Part shown: piece by piece, positions 28,604 through 40,492 of the stretch | Layout of the letters: each line of letters begins with the position of its first letter | Position numbering within the stretch: position 1 is the first letter of the stretch | NCBI GenBank assembly: GCA_040218735.1 | Contig: JAVJQW010000070.1 | Coordinates: forward strand, 288,001-352,000 | Direction of reading: 5' to 3' | DNA: 64,000 nt | Source: Deltaproteobacteria bacterium | GTDB lineage: Bacteria > Myxococcota > Kuafuiibacteriia > Kuafuiibacteriales > Kuafuiibacteriaceae | Translations under genes and position numbers: made by a program | Notes under the pieces: generated by a model | Database searches by the model: none | What the model saw: only the letters and a program-made list of their open reading frames with translations | Told to the model about the DNA's origin: nothing

Positions 28604-30583
28604 TCAGACCCAGGCCGCGATCTTCTCGGCGATGTTCTCGGGCGTCAGCCCGAAGTGCGCGTAGACCTCTTCGTACGGCGCGCTCTCGCCGAACGAGTCG
28701 ACGCCGAACTCCAGGCCGTCGAGGCCCGTGAGGATCTTCCAGGGCGTCGAGCGGCCCGCCTCGACCGCGGCGCGCTTCATCCCGGGCGGGAGGACGCTGG
28801 CCTGGTAGGCGGCGTCCTGCTCCAGGAAGCGCTCGACACACGGCATCGACACCACGCGCACCGGGACGCCCTTCGCCTCCAGGGCGTTCGCGGCGTCGAC
28901 CGCGAGACCGACCTCGCTGCCGGTCGCGATGATCGCCGCCTTGGCGCCCTCGCGGTCCTTCAGGACGTAGCCGCCCTTGTGCACGTCGGTCGTGGAGAAG
29001 CCGTCGGCGCGGTCGAGCTTCGCGACGCTCTGGCGCGTGAACACCAGCGCGTGCGGCGCGGGCTCACCGCCCTGAACGGCGTAGGTCCAGGCCATCGCGG
29101 TCTCGACGCCGTCGGCCGGGCGCCAGACGTACAGGCCGGGGATCATGCGCAGCGCCCACAGGTGCTCGACCGCCTGGTGCGTCGGGCCGTCCTCGCCGAG
29201 GCCGATCGAGTCGTGGGTGAAGACCTGCAGCGCGCGGATCTTCATCAGCGCCGACAGCCGCACCGCCGGACGCATGTAGTCCGAGAAGGTCAGGAACGTC
29301 GCCCCGAACGGGACGAAGCCGCCGTAGAGCGCGAGGCCGTTGGTGATGGCCGCCATCGCGTGCTCGCGGACGCCGAAGCTGATGTTCCGCCCCGCGAAGT
29401 CGTTCGTGGCGATCATCGTGGTGTCCTTGATCAGCGACTTGTTCGAACCCGCGAGGTCCGCGGAGCCGCCGACGAGCCCGGCGACCTTCGGCGCGATCGC
29501 GTTGATCGCCTGGCCGCTCATCGCACGCGTGGCGCCCTTCGCGTCGGCGAGGGCCGCGGCGACCGCTTCGTCGAGATCCGCGACCGCACCACCGTCCCAC
29601 GCCGCGGCGAGGTCTTCGTGCTCACCGCGCCACTTCGACATGCGCTCGTCCCAACGCTCGCGATCGCCGGTGCCGAGCGCAGCCGCGTCGGCGAAGAACT
29701 TCCGCACGTCGTCCGGCACCTCGAAGAGCCCGCCGGTCCAGCCGAGCTTCTCCTTGGTGAGGCGCCCCTCCTCGTCCCCGAGCGGCTCGCCGTGGGCCTT
29801 CGCCTTGTCCTGGCGGTTCGGGCTGCCGTAGCCGATGTGCGTCTTCGCGAGGATGAGGGACGGTTTGTCCTCGACCTTCTGCGCGGCTTCGATGGCGTCC
29901 TTGATCGCGGCTTGGTCGTGCCCGTCGACGCGCAGCGTGTGCCAGCCGTAGGCCTGGTAGCGGGCCTCGACGTCCTCGGTGAAGGTGATGTCCGTGCTGC
30001 CGTCGATCGTGATCTGGTTGTCGTCGTAGATCGCGATCAGCTCGCCGAGCCCGAGGTGCCCCGCCATCGACGCGGCCTCGCTCGTGATGCCCTCCATCAT
30101 GCAGCCGTCGCCCATGATGCAGTAGACGCGATGGGAGATCGGATCGAAGCCGCCCTTGCCGTTGTAGCGGGCCTTCGCCATGCGCGTCGCGAGCGCGAAC
30201 CCGACGGCGTTCGCGAAGCCCTGCCCGAGCGGACCCGTCGTCGTCTCGACGCCGGGCGTGAGGCCGTACTCGGGGTGGCCGGGGGTCTTCGAGCCGAGCT
30301 GCCGGAAGTCCTTCAGCTGTTGGAGCGGGAGGTCGTAGCCGGTCAGGTGCAGGACCGAGTACACGAGCATCGACGCGTGACCGTTGGAGAGGACGAAGCG
30401 ATCGCGATCCGCCCAGTCGGGGTTCTTCGGATCGAAGCGCAGGATGTCCTTCCACAGGACCGTCGCGATGTCGGCGAGGCCCATGGGGGCTCCGGGGTGC
30501 CCGCTGTTGGCGGCGTTCACGCCGTCGATCGAAAGGGCGCGGATCGTATGGGCGGCGAGGGTCCTGAGGTCGGCGTCGGTCAT
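28604..30583 (-). CDS. tkt: Transketolase
   Basis: SGHPGAPMG, DRDRFVLSNGHAS, TPGHPE, GDGCMMEG, THDSIGLGEDGPTHQ; true start ATG 30583. Confidence 0.97.
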   Translation of the reverse strand: MTDADLRTLAAHTIRALSIDGVNAANSGHPGAPMGLADIATVLWKDILRFDPKNPDWADRDRFVLSNGHASMLVYSVLHLTGYDLPLQQLKDFRQLGSKTPGHPEYGLTPGVETTTGPLGQGFANAVGFALATRMAKARYNGKGGFDPISHRVYCIMGDGCMMEGITSEAASMAGHLGLGELIAIYDDNQITIDGSTDITFTEDVEARYQAYGWHTLRVDGHDQAAIKDAIEAAQKVEDKPSLILAKTHIGYGSPNRQDKAKAHGEPLGDEEGRLTKEKLGWTGGLFEVPDDVRKFFADAAALGTGDRERWDERMSKWRGEHEDLAAAWDGGAVADLDEAVAAALADAKGATRAMSGQAINAIAPKVAGLVGGSADLAGSNKSLIKDTTMIATNDFAGRNISFGVREHAMAAITNGLALYGGFVPFGATFLTFSDYMRPAVRLSALMKIRALQVFTHDSIGLGEDGPTHQAVEHLWALRMIPGLYVWRPADGVETAMAWTYAVQGGEPAPHALVFTRQSVAKLDRADGFSTTDVHKGGYVLKDREGAKAAIIATGSEVGLAVDAANALEAKGVPVRVVSMPCVERFLEQDAAYQASVLPPGMKRAAVEAGRSTPWKILTGLDGLEFGVDSFGESAPYEEVYAHFGLTPENIAEKIAAWV

Positions 30584-30650
30584 AGGCCGGCCTGTTAAGA
30601 CGGAACGCGACGTTTGGCTAGTCCGAAGCCTCGGTGGCATGCTCCGCGCC

Positions 30651-31388
30651 ATGAACGTACGTGGATTCGTCGTATCGCTGGGCGTGGTCTGCGGGATCGC
30701 CGCGTGCAAAGCGCCGGCGAAGGAGGATGCGAAGCCCAAGGAGGCCGCGCCGCAGGTCAACACGACCCCCGCCGAGTTGAAACCCACCGGGTGCGACCCG
30801 GCGCCGAAGTGGGTCGGGCTCGACGCGTGCCACGAAGACGGCTGGGTGTACGCCGTCGGCCGCAAGAAGATCACGTCCTCGAAGCCGCTCGCGAAGGCGG
30901 TCGTCGCCGCGAAGGCGCGCGCCGCCGTCGCACGCGCAGCGCGTGTCATGGACGTGAACGAGCGCTACATCCTCGAAGACAGCGAGGTGCTCTACGCACA
31001 CATGTGCAACGACGAGTGGGTCGCGATCGGCCGCATGAAGAAGCAGCCACCGCCCGCCCTCCCCGCGTGTCCCGCCAAGCTCTTCGAGCAAGCACCGCCG
31101 GTCCCGGAGCACTGCCCCGACTGGACGACGCGCATCGGGTGGAAGGAAGGCGACACCTACGTGGGCGTCGGCATGTCCCAGAACACGCACAACCCGACCC
31201 AGGCCCCCGCCGAGGCGAAGGCGCGCGCCCTCGCGCAGGCGCAAGCTGTGTTGCGCTCCGTCGTAGGGGTCGATGGGGACTCCGCGACCATCCCCCATGA
31301 CAGCGGTCAGCTCGCGGAGGGCAAGCTGCTCATGGCCGCGTGCGGCGACATCGCCTACGCGCAGGTCTCGACGACCCTGAAGAAGTAA
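30651..31388 (+). CDS. Lipoprotein with two LPP20-like repeats
   Basis: Lipobox GIAAC; two copies of a P.W...EG/DG..Y.VG...A.A.AKARA pattern. Confidence 0.65.
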   Translation: MNVRGFVVSLGVVCGIAACKAPAKEDAKPKEAAPQVNTTPAELKPTGCDPAPKWVGLDACHEDGWVYAVGRKKITSSKPLAKAVVAAKARAAVARAARVMDVNERYILEDSEVLYAHMCNDEWVAIGRMKKQPPPALPACPAKLFEQAPPVPEHCPDWTTRIGWKEGDTYVGVGMSQNTHNPTQAPAEAKARALAQAQAVLRSVVGVDGDSATIPHDSGQLAEGKLLMAACGDIAYAQVSTTLKK

Positions 31389-31392
31389 CACC

Positions 31393-32718
31393 GTGCGCGC
31401 CGCGCTCGAACGCCACTTCTCGATTCGTGGCGCCGGCAGTGACGTACGGACCGAGGTCATCGCGGGTGCGACGACCTTCCTCACGATGGCGTACATCGTC
31501 GTCGTCAACCCGGCGATCCTGAAGGCGGCCGGGATGCCGGTCGGCGCGGTGATCACGGCGACGTGTCTGTCCGCCGCCTTCGCGTCGTTCCTGATGGGGT
31601 GGTACGGGCGGCTCCCGATCGGCGTCGCGCCGGGCATGGGCACGAACGCCTACTTCGCGTTCACCGTGTGCGGGACGCTCGGGCACAGCTGGCAGACCGC
31701 GCTCGGCGCGGTGTTCATCTCCGGCGTGCTGTTCTTGGTGCTCAGCGTGACGGGGGTGCGCGAGCGCATCATCGAGGCCATCCCCGACTCGATGAAACAC
31801 GCGATCGCCGCCGGCATCGGGATCTTCATCGCGTTCGTCGGGCTCATCAACGCGAAGATCATCGTCGACCGGCCCACGGTGCTGGTCGGGCTCGGTGACG
31901 TCACGAGCTACGAGGCGCTCGTGACGTTCGTGGGCCTCGTAGCCTGCGGCGTCCTGCTCGCGCGCGGCGTGCGCGGCGCACTGCTCTACGGCATCGCGAT
32001 CGCGACCGCGCTGGCGATGGTGGTCGGCGTGGCGAAGGTCCCCGAACAGATCGTCGCGATGCCGCCGTCGATGAGCGAGACGTTCCTCGCGATGGACCTG
32101 AAGGCGGCGCTCGGCGTCGGTGTGTTGGAGCTGATCTTCGCGTTTGCGTTCGTGGATCTGTTCGACTCGATCGCCACGCTGATCGGCGTCGCGGATCAGG
32201 GCGGCATGCTCGCGAAGAAGGAGGAGGGGACGACGTACCTCCCCGGCGCCACCCGCGCGCTCAGCGCAGACGCGGTCGGCACGATGGTCGGCGCTGCGTT
32301 CGGGACTTCGACCGTAACCTCGTACGTGGAGAGCACGTCCGGCATCGCCGCCGGCGGCCGCACCGGGCTCACGGCCGTCGTGACGGGCCTCGGGTTCCTC
32401 GCGATGTTGTTCGTCTCGCCGTTGATCGGCGTGGTGCCGTGGCAGGCGACGGCGCCCGTACTGATCATCGTCGCGGTGTTCATGCTGAAGAACCTCGTGA
32501 AGATCGCGTTCGACGATCTCACGGAAGCCATCCCGGCGGTGGTCGCCTGCCTCGCCATCCCGCTGACGTTCTCGATCTCCGACGGGCTCGCGCTCGGGTT
32601 CGTCACCTACCCGACGGTGAAGCTCCTCGCGGGGCGCCACCGCGACATTCACCCGATGATGGTCGTGCTCGCCCTCCTCTTCCTCGCCAAGTTCTTCTTC
32701 CTGGGGCACGGCGGATGA
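31393..32718 (+). CDS. NCS2/AzgA-family purine permease
   Basis: RTEVIAGATTFLTMAYI..VNP, APGMGTNAYF, YVESTSGIAAGGRTGLT; multiple TM helices. Confidence 0.93.
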   Translation: MRAALERHFSIRGAGSDVRTEVIAGATTFLTMAYIVVVNPAILKAAGMPVGAVITATCLSAAFASFLMGWYGRLPIGVAPGMGTNAYFAFTVCGTLGHSWQTALGAVFISGVLFLVLSVTGVRERIIEAIPDSMKHAIAAGIGIFIAFVGLINAKIIVDRPTVLVGLGDVTSYEALVTFVGLVACGVLLARGVRGALLYGIAIATALAMVVGVAKVPEQIVAMPPSMSETFLAMDLKAALGVGVLELIFAFAFVDLFDSIATLIGVADQGGMLAKKEEGTTYLPGATRALSADAVGTMVGAAFGTSTVTSYVESTSGIAAGGRTGLTAVVTGLGFLAMLFVSPLIGVVPWQATAPVLIIVAVFMLKNLVKIAFDDLTEAIPAVVACLAIPLTFSISDGLALGFVTYPTVKLLAGRHRDIHPMMVVLALLFLAKFFFLGHGG

Positions 32719-32722
32719 CGGA

Positions 32723-34075
32723 TCAGTCCCAGCGCTCGACGACGACGCCGCGCTCCTGACACGCGCTGCACCGCACGACGTCGAGATCGATCCGGGGGGC
32801 TTCGCCCAGCGCGGTGATCGCTTCCTTGAGCGCGCGGATCAGCGGGGTCACGCGTGCCGCGGTGCCGTCGGGGCAGCGCGGAGGGCCGGACATGTCCGCG
32901 ATCTTGAACGCGAGGCGCAGGCTGATGGGGCGGTTGAGCTCGAGCTCGCCGAGCTGGGCACGGAGCTCCCGACGTTCCTCGGGCGGGTTGAGGCGCAAGA
33001 TCGAGACGATCTTCTGCTCGCTCGGCCACCAGTACGGTTGGTGCGACGCGATCACGCCGAGGTCGCCCTTCGCGGGCCCGAGGCGGAGGCTGCCGTACTC
33101 CGCTTCACACTTGTCACAGCGCACCGCGACCAGGAGCTCGCGCTCGGGCCCGAGCGAGGCCGTGATCGGTGTCTGCGGGTACGGCGAGGTGATGTCGCGG
33201 CTGAGGTTTTCTTCGGTGATCGGCGCGAGGTCGGTCGTGCCCTTGCGCACCTCGCCCAAGCCCGTCGTGTCGAAGTCGATGACGAGGTCGTCCTCGCTGA
33301 CATCACGCCACACGAACTGCGTGCTGTCTTCGAGCGCGCCCTCGTCGACGACGATGTCGATCGAGAGGTCCTCGGAGAGCGCCTCCTCCGTGGGGATCGA
33401 CGCGGGGATCGCTTCGGCGCTGGGCACACGCTCGGGGACGTCCGGACGGACCCCCGTCGTCACGTACTCGCGGAAGCCCGCGAGCGCGCTGTCCGACATG
33501 CGGTCGAGGTGGATCTCCATCCCCTTCGGCGTGTCCATGCAGACGCTCGCGATGTTGCCGGTGAGCACGAACTCCTCCTCGGAGTCGGGGTGGATCATGT
33601 TGAGCGCGACCTTCGTGCCCTGCTCCCGGAGCACCGGCGTCGTGAGGTACAGCGCGCCGGCGCGGACGTTCCGGTCGTAGAACTCGAGGAGGCGGTTCAC
33701 GTTCTTCAGCTTGATGAGGAACGTGGGGGTGTCGGGTGCGGTTCTCGACGGGGCGGGCGCGACCCCCGCGGCGTCGAGCCCGTAGACGAACTCGTCCCAG
33801 CGCGCCTTGGATGCGGACGAGAGCGCAAAGAGCTGCAGCCCGAGCCCCGGGGTCTGTCCGAGCTTTCGGTGGGAGACCACGGCCGTCGCGGGGAGCGGAC
33901 CGCTCGGGATGTCGATCGAGAGCTGGAGGAGCTGCCGTTCTTCGACGGAGGCGTCCGTCTTCACGAAGAGGCCGTGACGGCTGACGTCGAGGGTCTTGGC
34001 GTCGAGCTTGGTGCGCCCGACCGTGAGCTGCACCGGGAGCGACTGCGGGTACCGTTGGCTGCGCCGCTGCTCCAT
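32723..34075 (-). CDS. PilZ-domain protein (tandem PilZ, acidic linker, possible zinc-binding C-terminus)
   Basis: RRSQR (RxxxR) and DVSRHG (DxSxxG); second degenerate PilZ-like unit (NVRAGALYLTT); CDKC...CSAC. Confidence 0.8.
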   Translation of the reverse strand: MEQRRSQRYPQSLPVQLTVGRTKLDAKTLDVSRHGLFVKTDASVEERQLLQLSIDIPSGPLPATAVVSHRKLGQTPGLGLQLFALSSASKARWDEFVYGLDAAGVAPAPSRTAPDTPTFLIKLKNVNRLLEFYDRNVRAGALYLTTPVLREQGTKVALNMIHPDSEEEFVLTGNIASVCMDTPKGMEIHLDRMSDSALAGFREYVTTGVRPDVPERVPSAEAIPASIPTEEALSEDLSIDIVVDEGALEDSTQFVWRDVSEDDLVIDFDTTGLGEVRKGTTDLAPITEENLSRDITSPYPQTPITASLGPERELLVAVRCDKCEAEYGSLRLGPAKGDLGVIASHQPYWWPSEQKIVSILRLNPPEERRELRAQLGELELNRPISLRLAFKIADMSGPPRCPDGTAARVTPLIRALKEAITALGEAPRIDLDVVRCSACQERGVVVERWD

Positions 34076-34110
34076 CGGGGCGGATTAACACCCCGCCGCC
34101 ACGTTGACCA

Positions 34111-35541
34111 CTACTCCTGCTCGACGGGGGGCGTGACGTAGAACGAGCGCGCGCGGCGGTTTTCGTCGACCCGCAGCGGCATCAGCAGCGGCGGGAACGC
34201 GCGCTGCTCGCAGTCGGTGCGTTCGCACATTCGACACGCGACGCCGATCGGGACGGCGGCGGTGAGGCTCTCGAGATCGACACCGCGCGCGTAGACCAGC
34301 GCCTTCGCGAAGCGCACTTCGCAGCCGATGCCGACGGCGTGGAGGGCGTGGGGCGCGGTGAAGCCGCCGCTGTTGTCGCGGACGGTCCGGGCCACGGAGA
34401 AGTAGGCGGTGCCGTCGGGCATCTGGGAGATTTGCACGCGCACCATGCCCGGCGTGAGGAAGGCCTGGTGCTCGTTCCACCGTGGGCACGCGCCGGAGAA
34501 GCGGGCGAAGCGGAAGCCGGAGGCGGAGAAGCGCTTGGAGATGTTGCCCGCGACGTCGATGCGAACCATGTGCAGCGGGATGGCCTCCTGCCCGGGACGT
34601 CGCAGCGTGGTGAGGCGGTGACAGACCTGCTCAAAGCTGGAGCGAAAGCGGTGCCCGAGGAGCTCGACGTCGTAGGCGAGGTCCTTCGCGGCGTCGAGGA
34701 ACGGCTGGTACGGCATCAACACCGAACCGGCGAAGTAGTTCGCGAGCGCGACGCGGCACAGCGAACGAGATTCGGGCGACGTCAGGCCGTGGTCGCGGGA
34801 GATGCGGTTGAGGACGTCGGAGCTGTCGAGCAACCCGATCTGGTGCGCGAGCTGGAAGTTGCGCGAGCGCGGCGCGAGGATCTCGGAGAGGAGCAGCACG
34901 TGCTCCCGCGGTTGGAAGACGCGGACGTGCCCGCCCATGTTGGCTTCCTTCTCGACGCGAACCTGAATGCCGTGGACGGAGTCGAGGTACTCGACGAGGC
35001 CGCGGTACATGTCGTTGCCGTCGAGGCGGGCGATCCGCCAGAGCATCTCGGCGGCGTCCTCGAGATCCGGGAAGTAGTTGTGGTGGCGTTGGATGAGGTC
35101 GCTGACCTCCTCGCTCGGCATGCCCACCGGCTCGGAGCCTTCGTCGCTCACGCTCGACGCGAGCGCGGAGGCGGAGTCCTTGGCGGTGCGGTAGGCCTGG
35201 TAGAGCGTGGACGTCGCGCGCGCGAGGTTCGGGTAGTTGTTCGCGAACTCGCGGACGTCGCCCTGGACGAGCTCGAGGCTGTCGAACATCGGGTCCGCGA
35301 AGGCCTCCATGAGGTCGCCGACCATCTGCGCCTGGTCGTCGACGGTGAACGACTGCAGGTCGAGGTTGAACATCTGCGCGAGCTTGATCAGCAGGTGCGC
35401 GGAGAGCGGGCGGCGGTTGTGCTCGATGAGGTTGAGGTAGCTCGCGCTGATATCGAGGCGCTGCGCGAGCTGGACCTGCGTGAGGTTTTCGCGGCGGCGG
35501 AGGGCGCGGATCTTCGATCCCAGCTTCGGCGACTCGGCCAT
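34111..35541 (-). CDS. ramB: Short-chain fatty acyl-CoA regulator (ScfR/RamB-like XRE family)
   Basis: N-terminal HTH (LTQVQLAQRLDISASYLNLIEHNRRPL), FQLAHQ, SFEQVCHRLTTL, RIDVAGNISKR, C-terminal CRMCERTDCEQRA; divergent from aceB/aceA. Confidence 0.88.
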   Translation of the reverse strand: MAESPKLGSKIRALRRRENLTQVQLAQRLDISASYLNLIEHNRRPLSAHLLIKLAQMFNLDLQSFTVDDQAQMVGDLMEAFADPMFDSLELVQGDVREFANNYPNLARATSTLYQAYRTAKDSASALASSVSDEGSEPVGMPSEEVSDLIQRHHNYFPDLEDAAEMLWRIARLDGNDMYRGLVEYLDSVHGIQVRVEKEANMGGHVRVFQPREHVLLLSEILAPRSRNFQLAHQIGLLDSSDVLNRISRDHGLTSPESRSLCRVALANYFAGSVLMPYQPFLDAAKDLAYDVELLGHRFRSSFEQVCHRLTTLRRPGQEAIPLHMVRIDVAGNISKRFSASGFRFARFSGACPRWNEHQAFLTPGMVRVQISQMPDGTAYFSVARTVRDNSGGFTAPHALHAVGIGCEVRFAKALVYARGVDLESLTAAVPIGVACRMCERTDCEQRAFPPLLMPLRVDENRRARSFYVTPPVEQE

Positions 35542-35695
35542 GAGGCCAAAAGCTCAATGATTTCGCGGTGCGTTGTCAACTCTTCACAACGTTTACAGTT
35601 TTACAGCCAAACGTTGACTGATCACGAACAGATTAACTCACTGATTTTATTAGTTAATTGCGCTTTCTTGCGTGTCAGTTCAAGATGTTCCGCAG
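35542..35695. promoter_or_regulatory. AT-rich divergent promoter/operator of ramB and aceBA
   Basis: Most AT-rich stretch of the window; tandem TTCACAAC-GTTTACAG-TTTTACAG (35583-35606) flanked by inverted GTCAAC/GTTGAC; TTGACA on the minus strand at 35579-35574. Confidence 0.7.
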
Positions 35696-37291
<1,596 letters not shown>

Positions 37292-37368
37292 CGCGTCACA
37301 CCCCACGCTCAACAATCACCATTCAATGTAATCGTTCGAATAGAACGCGCCGAAAGGAAACCAAACCC

Positions 37369-38622
37369 ATGTCCGCAGCCACCACCGTCACCGCCGACCG
37401 CTTCGAAGGCATCACCCGCCCCTACTCCCCGCAGGACGTCGCGCGCCTCCGTGGCTCGATCGACATCAAGTACACCCTCGCCGACCTCGGCGCGCGCCGC
37501 CTCTGGCAGCTCATCAACGAGGAGCCCTTCGTGAACGCGCTTGGCGCGCTCACCGGCAACCAGGCGATGCAGCAGGTCCGCGCGGGCCTCAAGGCGATCT
37601 ACGTCTCCGGCTGGCAGTGCGCCGCGGACGCGAACCTCTCCGGCCAGATGTACCCGGACCAGAGCCTGTACCCCGCGAACTCGGTGCCGATGCTCGTCAA
37701 CCGCATCAACCAGGCGCTGCAGCGCGCCGACCAGATCGAGCACAGCGAAGGCACGATGGGCGACCGCTACTGGTTCGCGCCGATCGTCGCGGACGCCGAG
37801 GCCGGCTTCGGCGGCCCGCTCAACGCATTCGAGCTGATGAAGGGCATGATCGAAGCGGGCGCAGCGGGCGTTCACTTCGAGGACCAGCTCTCCAGCGAGA
37901 AGAAGTGCGGCCACCTCGGCGGCAAGGTCCTCGTCCCCACGAGCCAGTTCATCCGCAGCCTGATCGCCGCGCGCCTCGCGGCCGACGTCTGCAACGTCCC
38001 GACCGTCCTCATCGCCCGCACCGACGCCGACGCGGCGCGCCTCCTCACCAGCGACATCGACCCGCGCGACCGGAAGTTCTGCACGGGCGAGCGCACGCCG
38101 GAGGGCTTCTTCCGCATCAAGGGCGGCATCGAGATGGCGATCGACCGCGGCCTCTCCTACGCGCCCTACGCGGACCTCATTTGGTGCGAGACCTCGCACC
38201 CGGACCTCGACGAGGCCAAGCAGTTCGCAGAGGGCATCCGCGAGAAGTTCCCGAACAAGCTCCTCGCGTACAACTGCTCGCCGTCGTTCAACTGGAAGAA
38301 GAAGCTCGACGACGCCACGATCGCGAAGTTCCAGCGTGAGCTGGGCGCGATGGGCTACAAGTTCCAGTTCGTCACCCTCGCCGGCTTCCACGCGCTCAAC
38401 CACTCGATGTTCGAGCTGGCGCGCGAGTACAAGACCGAGGGCATGGCCGCCTACTCGCGGCTGCAGCAGGCCGAGTTCGCGAGCGAGACCAACGGCTACT
38501 CCGCCACGCGCCACCAGCGCGAGGTCGGCACGGGTTACTTCGACGAGGTCGCACAGGTCATCAGCGGCGGCACCGCGTCGACCCTCGCGCTGAAGGAGTC
38601 CACGGAAGCCGAGCAGTTCTGA
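37369..38622 (+). CDS. aceA: Isocitrate lyase
   Basis: Catalytic KKCGH motif, [33 protein letters not shown]; AAAGGA SD before ATG 37369. Confidence 0.97.
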   Translation: MSAATTVTADRFEGITRPYSPQDVARLRGSIDIKYTLADLGARRLWQLINEEPFVNALGALTGNQAMQQVRAGLKAIYVSGWQCAADANLSGQMYPDQSLYPANSVPMLVNRINQALQRADQIEHSEGTMGDRYWFAPIVADAEAGFGGPLNAFELMKGMIEAGAAGVHFEDQLSSEKKCGHLGGKVLVPTSQFIRSLIAARLAADVCNVPTVLIARTDADAARLLTSDIDPRDRKFCTGERTPEGFFRIKGGIEMAIDRGLSYAPYADLIWCETSHPDLDEAKQFAEGIREKFPNKLLAYNCSPSFNWKKKLDDATIAKFQRELGAMGYKFQFVTLAGFHALNHSMFELAREYKTEGMAAYSRLQQAEFASETNGYSATRHQREVGTGYFDEVAQVISGGTASTLALKESTEAEQF

Positions 38623-38626
38623 GCGA

Positions 38627-38697
38627 GGCGGTCATCGCCCCGAAGGGGCGACGACCGTCCGAGCTCGTGCCCTGAAGAAGCGCGCCAAGCGCGCTTC
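38627..38697. terminator. Two GC-rich hairpins between convergent genes
   Basis: CGGTCATCGCCCC-GAA-GGGGCGACGACCG and GAAGCGCGC-CAA-GCGCGCTTC; no U-tract, so the terminator role is inferred from position only. Confidence 0.55.
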
Positions 38698-38910
38698 CTA
38701 CTCCCGCTCCAACCGCCGGATCAGCTTCCGAGCGATCGCCCGCAACCGATCGTCCCGGCCCGCGCGCGCCGCTTTCCGCGCCCCACCGAGCTCCGTCTCT
38801 TCCTCGTGCGCCACGGCGCCCGCTTTCAGGATCTCCCCGCGCACCGTCGGGTCGTCCTCGTCGAGGGTCATGAGGCCGTCGTACTCGTCCATCGTCTCGT
38901 CTTCGTCCAT
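38698..38910 (-). CDS. Small acidic/basic hypothetical protein
   Basis: ATG directly follows the TAG of the upstream DUF4139 gene; GC3-biased codons. Confidence 0.55.
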   Translation of the reverse strand: MDEDETMDEYDGLMTLDEDDPTVRGEILKAGAVAHEEETELGGARKAARAGRDDRLRAIARKLIRRLERE

Positions 38911-40491
38911 CTAGAGGCCCTCCACGCCCGGGGCGACCGCGACCGACCAGGCGAGCTGGCGCGTCGCGCGGCCGTGCGGATCCAGGTCCAGCGTCCACCG
39001 CACGAAGCCGTCGTCGTCGACGGAAGAGCCGTGCGACGTGTCCTCCTCGAGCAGCGCCACGCGCACCTGCTCGACCTCCGAGACCGCGATGCGCTCCGTG
39101 ATCGCCAGCCGCTTCGGATCCCCGCCGAGGTTCGACAGAAAGATCTTCACGAGCCGCGCGTCCACGCGCCAGCCGTCCACGTGGTCGACCTCCGACGCCT
39201 CCTGCACCGTGCGCGTCACGCGCACCGCGTCGTCCGGTCCGAAGGACAGCGAGAACCGCTGCCCCGGCGCCACGAACAACGTCTCCGTCCAACCGACGAA
39301 CCCGTGCTCCCGCACCAGCGCCACCGGCCCGGCGAGGATCGGACGCGACCCGGTGTTCACCAGGACCGTCTCGAGGAACGCCTTCGTGTCGAGCTCGGCG
39401 ATCACGACCAGCCGCGCCTCACACGGCGCCTCGAACGCGTCGACCGGCACCGTCGTCGGCCGCCCGTCGGAGGGCACGTCGTGTCGCCCGTCCGCGCGCA
39501 GCACCTGGATGTCACCGCCGTCGTCCACGCCCGGCAGCTCCCGTGCCGAGGGCGCACCACCCGGCCCGCCGCCGCCCTTCACCTGCGCGCGCTGCACGCG
39601 GACCTGCCGCGCCTCGACCTCCACCTGCTCGGATCGCCGCCGCGCCGTGAGGCGATCGTCGGAGAGCAGCGGCGGCTCGGTGCCGAGTGAGGAGCGCGCG
39701 GTCGAGAACGCGAGCTCCACGTCCGACCAGTCCTCACCCGTCCGCTGCCACACCACCGCGGACATCTCGAAAGCCACCTTGCCGTCGACCAACCGCGCCC
39801 GGTGCATCGGGCGCCACAGCGCGCTCGGCACCACGTAGTCGACCTCCAGCCGCAGCTTGCCGGCCGCAGTGGCGTGTACGTCGATCTCCACCCACGCTAC
39901 GAACCGGCGCGTCGTCGTCGTCGCGGCTTGCCGCCGCAGCACGGCGTTGTCGAGCGCTTCACTCGTGTCGATCTGGTGGTGGTAGACGTCGAACGTCTCC
40001 TGCCGCATCGAGCGCATCCGCTCGAAGAGCCGCTCGAAGTTCTCGCGCCAGGCCTGCTGATTCACCATCCCCCACGCCGCGTCGACCGGGATCTCCTCCG
40101 CGCTCTTCATCGCGATGTCCGAGATCTGCTCGTAGCGATCCGCCAACCGCGTACGGTCCTCCGACAGGTGCCGCAGCGTCCGGCGGTGCCCCTCGATCTC
40201 CGTGTCGATCCGCGCGATGTCCTCGGGCTGGTCCTCGTGCCACACGCGCATCGCGCGCCGGCACCGCAGATCCGTCACCTTCGCTTCGCCGTCGATCGCG
40301 CCGGCCAGCGACACGTCCTGGAGCGTCGGCGCGACGTCGAGGACGACGAGCCGATTCGTCCCCTCGACCACGTCGACCTCCGCCCAGCGCCGCACCCGCG
40401 CGCGGTCCTCGAGCAGCGTCACCTCGCGCACGGGGACGGGCACCACGGTGCGCGACGTATCGATCGGCGGGAAGTGTCGAACCTCGCTCAC
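38911..40491 (-). CDS. DUF4140/DUF4139 (MuiA-like) protein
   Basis: VREVTLLEDRARVRR, coiled coil, YVVPSALWRP, VWQRTGEDWSDVELAFSTA, ILAGPV motifs; GTG start 40491. Confidence 0.85.
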   Translation of the reverse strand: MSEVRHFPPIDTSRTVVPVPVREVTLLEDRARVRRWAEVDVVEGTNRLVVLDVAPTLQDVSLAGAIDGEAKVTDLRCRRAMRVWHEDQPEDIARIDTEIEGHRRTLRHLSEDRTRLADRYEQISDIAMKSAEEIPVDAAWGMVNQQAWRENFERLFERMRSMRQETFDVYHHQIDTSEALDNAVLRRQAATTTTRRFVAWVEIDVHATAAGKLRLEVDYVVPSALWRPMHRARLVDGKVAFEMSAVVWQRTGEDWSDVELAFSTARSSLGTEPPLLSDDRLTARRRSEQVEVEARQVRVQRAQVKGGGGPGGAPSARELPGVDDGGDIQVLRADGRHDVPSDGRPTTVPVDAFEAPCEARLVVIAELDTKAFLETVLVNTGSRPILAGPVALVREHGFVGWTETLFVAPGQRFSLSFGPDDAVRVTRTVQEASEVDHVDGWRVDARLVKIFLSNLGGDPKRLAITERIAVSEVEQVRVALLEEDTSHGSSVDDDGFVRWTLDLDPHGRATRQLAWSVAVAPGVEGL

Positions 40492-40492
40492 C

